A DNA stretch of 64,000 nucleotides from Macrostomum lignano (Eukaryota), in assembly GCA_002269645.1 (NCBI GenBank), contig NIVC01000129.1:480755-544754 (forward strand). Direction: 5' to 3'. The notes below the pieces were generated by a model. The model did not search any database. It was not told the DNA's origin and was given only the letters and a program-made list of their open reading frames with translations. The translations under genes were made by a program, and so were the position numbers. The stretch's first letter is position 1; each line of letters begins with the position of its first letter. Of this stretch, positions 54,809 through 64,000 are shown one piece after another.

Positions 54809-55335
54809 CTCTCGGCTTTGTTTGTGCAACACTCAGGAATGAGATACCGCAGACTACCAGACACTATTGCAACATTTGCGGATATTTAACCAATAGTTGG
54901 TCGCATTTACTATTTTTCCCTCTGCTCCTCTGCTGTTTGCTGTTGGCGTCGTGCTGATTGTAACAAAATTGAAATCATTATGCAGAATAATCATTGCATT
55001 AACTAAGCTTTGTTTTCGTTACTTCTGACTCTGTAAGCTTTCTACACGATATTTTACAGAATTGTAATTACTGTTCACTGGGATTTTTATTGAGGACATA
55101 AACTACTTTCTTTTGACAACCAGTCTTTCAATAAAATGCATCCTTTTAGTGCTAATCCAAATAACCTATTTATTGACAAGCAAGTCTTGGGGCAGCAGAT
55201 ACATGTACTTGTTTGTTTAACCAATAACATTTGAATGCGCAATTTTCTTCCCGTTTTGAATGCTTCAGCTCTAAACTTTATTTGAATACTTTTTTTTTAA
55301 TTACAATATCCAAAAAGCCGAGGTTCAAACATTAG

Positions 55336-56419
55336 ATGTCTCTATTTATGATGGTAACTTGTAATAAATTAAATATACAATTGAGACGTGCATGTATTTG
55401 TTTGGCTTTGCAGTTTCCGTATTCTAGCACTCGTACTTACAGTTGATTCATTAAATCTGCTGATTTCTAAGTCTATTTTATGTAGTATGTGGTCGAGCCC
55501 TTCTGCTTGATCCTAATAGTGATCCTTGCAGCTGGTATTCTAGAAGCAATCAACGGCAAGAGGCTACTAGTGTTGAGTCAGTTGCGCCAGCTCCCCTTTG
55601 TATTTGCATCTGATGAAGTCACGCACCGCACCGCAGCACACTTTTGCGATCCAATGAAAAGCGGAAGTTTCGAACAGGAATACAATAGAGAAAATTTTGT
55701 GCAGAAAAGCTGTGAACAATGCTACTTATCATATTTGGAGGACAGAATTTCATTGAAAGTGACAGGACAACTGTATGGAGAAAGCATCTGTCCTTTGTTT
55801 TGTCACGAACTACTTGAGTGCTTTTTATCACAGGACCCGAAACGCGGTCATCCTGCAAGAACGTATTTTTTGAAGCCTGGAACTTTATTTACGCGCATTC
55901 ACTTCTGCACGGTTGGGTGGCAACTGGACTACTTTAGATCTTATGGAACAAGGCGTAGCTCCCTCTCTGCTAAAAAGCAGCCGGGAGAGTCATGTACTTG
56001 TTTTTGCTGTTGTTTTGCAAAAACAAGTTGTTTTGTTTTGTACTAGTTTTTGAGATTTTGCTGTGCTACAATTTTATTTAGCTATGGTACGAAAGCATGG
56101 ACCAATAAGTTTAGACTTTCAACTACAAACTAAAAAACGGTATCCGTCTTCAAAACATCAATTGTCGACAAGGACTCAACAATGTTCGCCGAAGGAAGAC
56201 GAAAGGAACAACTGCTCAGGTTTCCTCAGAGTTTCTAGAGCACTCCAGCGAGCCACTGATAATTGGAACAATCAGAATTTCCGCTTCCTAACTGAGACAA
56301 ACACAGTGACGGACGTCCATTGGGTCAGAAGGAATGTGCAATCTGTAACCTCACAGTGTGCAAGAAAACGACAAATAAATTTAATATTCCTGGAGCAACT
56401 AAGAAATATACAAGCTTGA
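55336..56419 (+). CDS. Uncharacterised secreted Cys-rich protein (about 287 aa)
   Basis: Proposed exons 55336-55353 (MSLFMM, GTAACT donor), 55486-55993 and 56082-56419, phase-consistent. Hydrophobic FCLILIVILAAGILEA followed by NGKR; Cys cluster C..CEQC..CPLFC..C. The first exon and the second donor (GTACTT) are tentative. Confidence 0.55.
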
Positions 56420-59400
56420 CTGACACACAAACCTTTTAGAACTGAGAATGAATTTCGCAGACAACAGACAGCAGACTAACAGACAACAAGATACGGTGTC
56501 AGATAGTTGTTAATCTTAAAAACTACTTAAAACTTTAAATCCGAACAAAGTCACAAGGCTTCAAAAGGCCAGTGTGCGTCGCGTCAACTTCCTGTTCGAG
56601 CAGGTCCGTCAGCTTCCAGGTCTGTAGAGATCTCCAAACACAGTAGCCTACTAAAATTAGTAACATAAAATTATGAACACAAATTTAAAAATAGCTATGT
56701 GTCATACTCTATTTTTAGTAATACCAGTCATATCACGCAAACAGCGAGTGGCTATGCTATTGTCCGAAAAACCGGTTCTCGACATCTATTTTTAGAACTT
56801 CCAAATATGGTAAATGTTAACCTGAATGTGACCCAAGTCTCACCCCTTTCTATTCAAAAACCCCACCTGTCAAATAATAAAATTCCTTTCGTGAACTCAT
56901 AAAAAAACCGGTTTTGACCTCAAGGTCGACTCAGGGCCGAAAAATTGTGTATAAATACAAACGCAAAATCCGAGCTGAAATCTCAGACTCGGAGCAGCCT
57001 CCAAAGATCTTGGGCTTTGCAAGAGCAGCCAACGAGGCTACATCTCTGAGGAAGTGATAAACACCAATTGGTAAGCTTTGTTTGAGACTTCGTTATTTTG
57101 ATTATTGAGAGCGATTATTATTGCCGGCCGTTACTGTTCAGTTGATTTCACTGAGACTATTGAGTTTGAGGCCTCCCATTTTCCTAAGGGATTGGATAGG
57201 ATCTGCGGACCGATTCCGATACCCTTAGAGGATTATCGATTGATTGATTTGGTTATCCTAGATTAACCGATAGGAGTACACTACTCCGATTCCGTTAGTT
57301 CTAGAAGAAGACGCCCTTTTGGAGGACCTCGCGTTATTATAGAAGTTGATTCTGTTATTAGGGCGCATCGTTGATATTGATTTCTGCACTCGAGGAATAC
57401 ATTGATTTCGGCACTCGAGGAAATACTGCGACGTCGATTTTATTGTTACGCTCTCACTTTCGGCCGATTCTAGACTTCAAGAAGATTCCTCCGGAGAAGA
57501 AGATTGGAAGAAGCAAGTTCTAGACACGCGCGCAACAAAGAAGAAGAAACAAGGAACGAGCTCGGAGAACCTGCCCGACGAAGAAGAGGAGCCCGCAACA
57601 GTAAGTGCACTACATTTTTGTTCCCAGGCTTAAGTGTCTGGAAGTGGGAGTTTTCGGGGGACTGATCACCTCCCGAATCAACTCTTCAGGTCTAGGCGTT
57701 GTAAAATCGGCCACCACTGGGATCAATGTCATTCTCTGGCGGTCGGGTGGGGCTTTGGACTGCAAGACTGTCTTCATACGAGTAGAACGAAGAAAAGAAT
57801 TCTCTCGGACGTCGGGAATCAGACGAGCTGCTGACATTGCGGACGTTCCGTTGCCTGTTTGTCAACGCCTCGGCACAAAACCGCAGCCTCGATGTTGTCC
57901 AGCAAGCAGAGCACGACAGTCTTCTGCTGGTCGACCACCAAACCGACACTCGTTGCAGAAATAAGCAGCTTGTTTAGCTAACCCTCGACAATTGAGCGCA
58001 GCAGGGTGAGATCGTTGGTTTAGAGCCGCAGACACTGTCAGTAGTATTTCACTGCGCTGTGCAGTCCTTGTTGACTGTGAATACGTGACTGGCGAGGACC
58101 GGCAGCTCGCCATGCAGCTTTATCGGATGTATTTGCAGGGGCATGATTTTTAAGTTTGTAAAATTAGTTATTTTTTATAACAGGTACACTAATTAAGAGT
58201 CGTGCTTACTAACAATTATACTACAAGTAGTGTATACAATGAATTTGCATTCTGTATATTATATAAACTATTTTTCCTTCTATTGCTCCAATAAGTAAAG
58301 CAGATAGCAAAAGTTCTATATAATGTTTCTTCATACGTGTAGTACAGGCTCGTACAATTCAATTCTACTGTAAGTATAATATCAATACAATGATGGGTGT
58401 AAAATACTTATGACTATAAGTATGATAAAACTAGAGAGGTTATTGTTCATAAAGCTATCTTACCCCCCACAAGGCCTGTTGTTGTACGCAAAAATACCAA
58501 TAACTTTCCACACGTTTTCTAACGAACTTTAACGAACATTATAAAACTTTAATGGAAGTGCTTTTCAAAAGGGCCAGGGTGTCCCACAGACACAGCAAAT
58601 ATTTATTTAGCCCCGAGAAACAGAGAGTGTACATGCCTGGTGACAGGAGGCCAGGGGCCGCTGTACACCCTGTGTGCGCGTGTGCTCGTGTACGTCAGCA
58701 GAATGAGTATGACAGCTTGCTTGCTCACTCCAGCTGCGAGCCTACTGGTCATTTTGATTTTTCGCAGAACCCAAAAGCCAACCGCTTGCGGAAACGAACT
58801 TGCAGAGAGTGGCACCATGCCAATTGTCTTGCCATGCGTTTTCTACCCCAATTGCATGCTAGCTAATCTAAGTGTTGCGGCAATTCGCTGCAATTTTGCT
58901 GTGTTCCATCTTTTAGCAGGACAATGCCAACAGCCACCAATTCACTGGCTCTTTCCCGCGCACCGTGAATATTTCATGAAAGGAAAGCAAGGCTGTAGGA
59001 CAAAATTGCCAGTAGATGAATTTTGGAATTGGGAATAGAAAATGATTTGCTTTGGGGAGGCGGGAATCTTTCAGATGCGTTTCTCAGGCAAAGAAATTTG
59101 TACTTTAAAGGCAAGGAAAATTCTAATGCACTAAAAAGATCCGATAATTCAGCCATGTAAAATTTGTTGGAGACTTTTAGACAAATAATTATGAGCGTAT
59201 AACCATTTGAGGCGATTGGGGTCTACCAAGTCTCGGAAATCTTAGAAACAGCGCTCTGTGCTGCTGTCACCAGATAATTGATTTAAAAATGCTGAGAGAC
59301 TTTTATCCCATAGTGATTTATCGAACTGTTTTGAAGCAAAAAACTAACAAAGGAAAACAGAGACTTTTGAGACCGACCTCTCAACGTGGACCCGGAGAGC

Positions 59401-60244
59401 TATATCAATGGAATCTACGACAACGACCTCACCCTCAGAGACAGCTTCAGAGCCCAGAGAATGGCTTCAGTCTAACCGAGTCGGCAAGATTCTCGAGCAG
59501 ATCTCAAGCGGTAGGCGTTCAGATCTAACTGAATTTCAGTCTTTAACTTGGGACCTAAAACCCCAGGCTAAGAGGCACTGTAATCTATTAAATTTCATGT
59601 ATATTGCGCTAGAGAGAATGCCTACAGTTGCAGATCACTATCCATATTTTGGCTCCGGCTCAGGGGTCCGAGCTGAAAACGCTTTAAAGTTCAAAGTTTT
59701 AACGTTTTAAAGTGTACAGGACGCTGGACGGCGACCCCAACCCAGTCTTTAGCATGAACTCCTACTGGACATTATATCAAGTAGTGAGAGGTACTTGAGT
59801 CCTAAGGTACCGACCTGCCGATCAATTTGTTTGATGGCCAGATAACAAAAAAACAAACGAAATTTTTCATATATATCGGTTTGAGACTTTGTTTGCAATT
59901 GAAAAAAGTACTTGAGTACATAGGTTGAGTACATAGGTACAAAATTTCGGGTTGATATGCCAAAATATGGACAAGTGTGGTTCCTCGCGTTTTAGACTAC
60001 TGGTGCTTAGAGTGCTTAGTGCTTTCTACACTACAGTGCTTAGTGAATTTACTGGTTTGAGTTGGTAGAATGCTGCCACCAGGTTCCTGATATTCCCAAA
60101 CCCTAGTATAACCCTAAAATTCGCGATCTACCCCCGTCGTAATTACTTTCCCTGGCCGAAACTACTGACAGTAGTGTAAAAGCAAATCTATCCCGTGACT
60201 AAATTCTGCCCCTAAATTATGCTCTACTACAATAAACTGAACTA

Positions 60245-60281
60245 GCCCTGACGATGTCCATTGTGGACGAAATGCATCGGC
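60245..60281 (+). ncRNA. Minimal type-I hammerhead ribozyme motif (Penelope-like element type)
   Basis: GCC CTGACGA T GTCCA TTG TGGAC GAAA TGCA TC GGC: core CUGANGA at 60248-60254, 5-bp stem II, GAAA at 60269-60272, palindromic ATGCAT loop III, AUC cleavage triplet (cut after 60278) and GCC/GGC stem I. Confidence 0.8.
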
Positions 60282-61039
60282 AATGAAATAAGATAAGAGA
60301 ATATAGAAAAATAGAATAGTTTATATGCTGATTCCTTATTTCGTGTATTTACTTTTCATTAAGCGAGCTACTTTACCTGAATTACTTCCAACAACTCTAT
60401 CGATAGTCATATTACAAACGACAGTTTCAGCTACGAATAAAGCCATATAAATAAAGCAAGCACCTAGGACTATTTAAGTAGAAGAATTGATTAGTTCTTG
60501 GCGAGCGCTCACTTCGCTTGCAAACTCGTGAAACTACTCAACAGACGAGCAATACTCTCGTAACTCGTGAGTAAATGCTGACTTGATTCCTATGGCCTGT
60601 ACCCTCGTATGAGTGAGTTCATGAGTAGAAAACTATTCTTATAGCTGCAATAACTTTATTAAAATACATTCACAGGTGTCTGCTAATAATCCAGGAAATT
60701 CATTTCGACTGATGAGTGTGAATAACTTAGTAAAATTTACTCAGGGAGTTCAGAAGTTGTGGGCATGCATGCCGAAGACTTGTGAATCAATTATTGCATT
60801 CGATTTTTCACTCGTAGCTAGCAAAATTTCCCATAAACTTCCTATTCCCATTGGTGAAAGTACTTTTGCCTAGCGCGAGAGCTAACAGACGCCCGGCCAT
60901 GATTTCCTCAGTTGCCCAGTGAAGAATTTTTGAGTATCTTACCAACCATTCCCATGCTTCATGCACACTTGGGAGGGGATAGAAGAAACTGCAAACGCCT
61001 CCCCGTGCCTTGAAAAGCTTTTGGCAAAACCGTTTGCTG

Positions 61040-61493
61040 GTTAACTGCCCTTCATTTGCTCTTGAGCTGATGCGGGATACAGGTAGAGGCATTCACCTAA
61101 ATGTAAATTAGGCTGACTCCTACAGACCGTGCTAACAACATATGCCAACAATCGGATGAGGTCCTTGAACACACAGCCCTGAATTGTGGCACAAGTACAA
61201 GCCGATGCCAATCAAATTCTTTACTGTCGCACGTAGACTTCTCATTCTAGTCGGCTGGTAGAAATTAGATTTCACACTGAACGCTCTCCAGCATGAAGAT
61301 TCTGAATCAGTATATTTCCCACTAATTTTGCTCGAAATGAAGCAGAGAATCCCACCAAAGCACTGTAAATCAAAATTTCTGCTATTTACATTCAGAAAAT
61401 GCTAAAAAACGACATCATTAAGCCTGTCAAATTCAGTGAAAGGGCTTCACTGTTTGTCGTGGTCAAGAAAGCCGTGGTAAGCTGAGGATGTGT
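61040..61493 (+). pseudogene. Degenerate Gypsy pol fragment (protease to RT N-terminus)
   Basis: The RT start reads KMLKNDIIKPVKFSE.AS..VVVKKA.GKLRMC with one frameshift. Upstream remnants (LEL-DAG, VLTTYANNRM, IKFFTV..LILVGW) resemble an aspartic protease. Multiple stops. Confidence 0.6.
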
Positions 61494-61869
61494 TAAATAC
61501 AATTAAATACGGGGAGATCGCAGTGGGGCAATTCGCGTGCCGGAAGTTCTCGTGGAAGCGTATTTTTTTTGCAACGTCTTTTAAAAAATAAGTGCGAAAG
61601 CTTCTGTATTTAAAAGCTTTTGTATTTTCGATTTGTGTGTAGCCATGCTGGAAAAGCTATTTAAGGCTTTAAAGTCATTTAATGGTCTCGCTAAAAGCAA
61701 GAGATGTCAGCTAAAGTCTAATGAAGAATGACGAAAGTCTCTGAGAAAAAGATGGTAAACTCAACTCCTACCTACCACTGTGTGTTCAGGTTATCAACTG
61801 TTGATACAGAAAAACTAAATGTACTTCCTATTCCTCCTGCTCCTACATGAGTACACTCGTAAAAGGAAT

Positions 61870-62106
61870 TTCCAAACTTTTGTGGCCATTATTCCACACT
61901 TTGTGGCCATTATTTCGCATTTTTGTGGCCATTATTCCACACTTTTGTGGCCATTATCCCACAATTTTGTGGTCATTATTTTGCTTTTTTGTGGCTAATA
62001 TTCCACACTTTTGTGGCCATTATTCCACAGTTTTGTGGCCATTATTCCAAACTTTTGTGGCCATTATTCCACACTTTTGTGGCCATTATTCCACACTTTT
62101 GTGGCC
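61870..62106. repeat. 22-bp minisatellite (about 10-11 units)
   Basis: Unit TTCCACACTTTTGTGGCCATTA with variants. Confidence 0.9.
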
Positions 62107-63791
62107 TTTTTTCGCATTTTTTTCACTTTAATACACAGATAAAGAGGGGTGGATGGACAATAAACGAGAGGAATTAGTGACGTGATGAAAGCTGTACATG
62201 GAGTAAATATACATTGGGGAGCAACTGTTGAGTAATGGATGCAACTAATCGCTATTGGGTCTGGATGAAAGTTTGTCTACAGTGACTAATTGACTGACTC
62301 CAAAAAAATGGGAAATTCAGTGCAGCTTTCCAAAACGCACTTTCATCAAATATGAACTGTGAAATATGAAGTATGAATTGTGACTCTTGGAAATAGCAAT
62401 TAAGATAGAATTCGCACGGAATACCATTTCTACACTTTGAAACTGTCATTTTCGGTTTAGTTACTCGCGACTGGCAAGAACTGTTTGAGCTGGTTGAATA
62501 CCAATTGTTTCTTTAAACATAAATGAGTAAAGGCCAGCTTTGAGCAAATCGAGACTGAGGATGCGAGTGCAGCATGCCTACACTATCGTTTTGAATATCA
62601 AAAAGCCGTACATGGCCAGACAGCTCTCAAGTGCAGCAGTATTTAACATCTGCTGTGTACTACGTCTCGTATAGACTCATAAAGTTTGTCAAGACTGAAG
62701 CCGTGGAAATGCGGGATATGAAGCCCACGCTGCATTATGCGCATTTCAGCTCATGTTTTATACATATCTCAGAAAGTTCAGTCCACAGAACTTGAAAGAA
62801 TGAAAGAAGCTTGAGTGAGGAAGCCTTAGAATCCAACAATGCATTCAGACTGCCGCAGAATTTGGTTGCTGAAGTGGTTTGTACAGACTGCATTGGAAAA
62901 TGCGCTAATTAGCTGTTGTGCCTCCCTGCTCCCAGTTGAGTTCTCGGGGCACGTGAATTTAAAGTACAAAAATCAGCAATTCTGTCCGCGAATCACAATA
63001 TATTTAAAAGAAAATTTTCTTTGAAAGAGGTTACTGTAAGTTTCCACCTTAATAAATCTAATTCCTGTTCGACCTGATGTTACAAACACCGACGCAAGAT
63101 CGAATAAAATATTTTTAAATTACTTCCAAAAACCAACGTGCCATTCACGATAATAAAACATCTTCTCCTCTGCGTCCATTTGGCTGAGTTCAGTCGGTGA
63201 TTGCAAGATTTTTTATCTTAACGAGCTATTTGCTGGCAGGTAATGTCTTAGTTTTAGGCATAAATCAACGCTCTGAGAATCTACCTCTAAGGCATTAAGC
63301 TCGAAGATTAAAAATATTCGCGCTCGAGTAGTGATTTTACCATTTACAAAGACTTCGCTAAGCAGCTAATACGTCTTTCCAGGGGATTTTCTTCAACTTG
63401 TTCTGCACCATGCATGCATTAGTCCTTTTTCACTCAGTAGTGATTAGGCTGTTAACGGCTAAATTGTTAGAAATGTTCGAAACGGCGTAAATTCTACCCA
63501 TTGTCATTACAGTCTAATATACTATTGTTACAGTCTAATATACTATTGCTCAGTAGGTGTACGCAGCTTGGGCAAGGGCTGCCAGTTTTTCCAATCCTCA
63601 TCGAGGCAGATCCGGCCAATCCAGAGGCTGTAGGGTCGGAAAGGACAGAGAGAGGAGAGCCTCAGCCTTGGCAACGAGAGTAAACAAACATCGCTTGGGA
63701 TAGACGGCCACTGTTGTCCTGGACCATTATTAAACCCTTTCCTCGGCTAGGGGCATGGGCGGAAGAACCAAGCGTTTCCTACCAGAGAGAC

Positions 63792-64000
63792 ATGACTGTG
63801 AAAAAATCTGCTCGATTTCTGCTTTGCTGGCTCGTCTGCTGCTGCTGCAGTTCGGTCTGCTTTGGCTACAGGTGGGACTACATCAAGATGCCGGACTTCA
63901 AGGGCACTGAGTACATCTTCCGCTACCCGCTCAAAGATGACTTGACACAGAGTGAATACGAACATGGGGAAAAGTACCAAATATTTGCTTCGGCCTGCTT
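63792..64000 (+). CDS. Lectin-like/sushi surface protein, copy C (exon 1, runs off the window)
   Basis: MTVKKSARFLLCWLVCCCCSSVCFGYRWDYIKMPDFKGTEYIFRYPLKDDLTQSEYEHGEKYQIFASAC. 63547-64000 is near-identical to 41820-42272 (offset 21,728 across the coding part). Confidence 0.85.
   Translation, partial: MTVKKSARFLLCWLVCCCCSSVCFGYRWDYIKMPDFKGTEYIFRYPLKDDLTQSEYEHGEKYQIFASAC

Overview
Eukaryotic (metazoan invertebrate) genomic window with GT-AG introns; the composition and repeat style suggest a flatworm such as Macrostomum, but that is inference. All gene models were spliced by hand and checked for reading phase. Minus strand: two paralogous type-I membrane glycoprotein genes (signal, PTS exon, discoidin-like, double furin site, SEA-like, TM, tail). 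One has a 4,950-nt mucin exon (2,100-aa class); the other has a 174-nt equivalent exon (about 520 aa). They flank a two-exon orphan class-A GPCR. Plus strand: a tandem array of at least three surface-protein genes (two lectin-like domains plus 8 to 14 sushi/CCP modules, probably GPI-anchored). These show exon-pair amplification, near-identical CCP exons and a divergent N-terminal loop. Also present: a Cys-rich secreted-protein gene, a small orphan gene, the 3' end of an upstream gene, two CORE-type tRNA SINEs, two RNase-H LINE remnants (one nested in a Helentron-like element), Gypsy fragments, MITEs, mini- and microsatellites, and a minimal Penelope-type hammerhead ribozyme.
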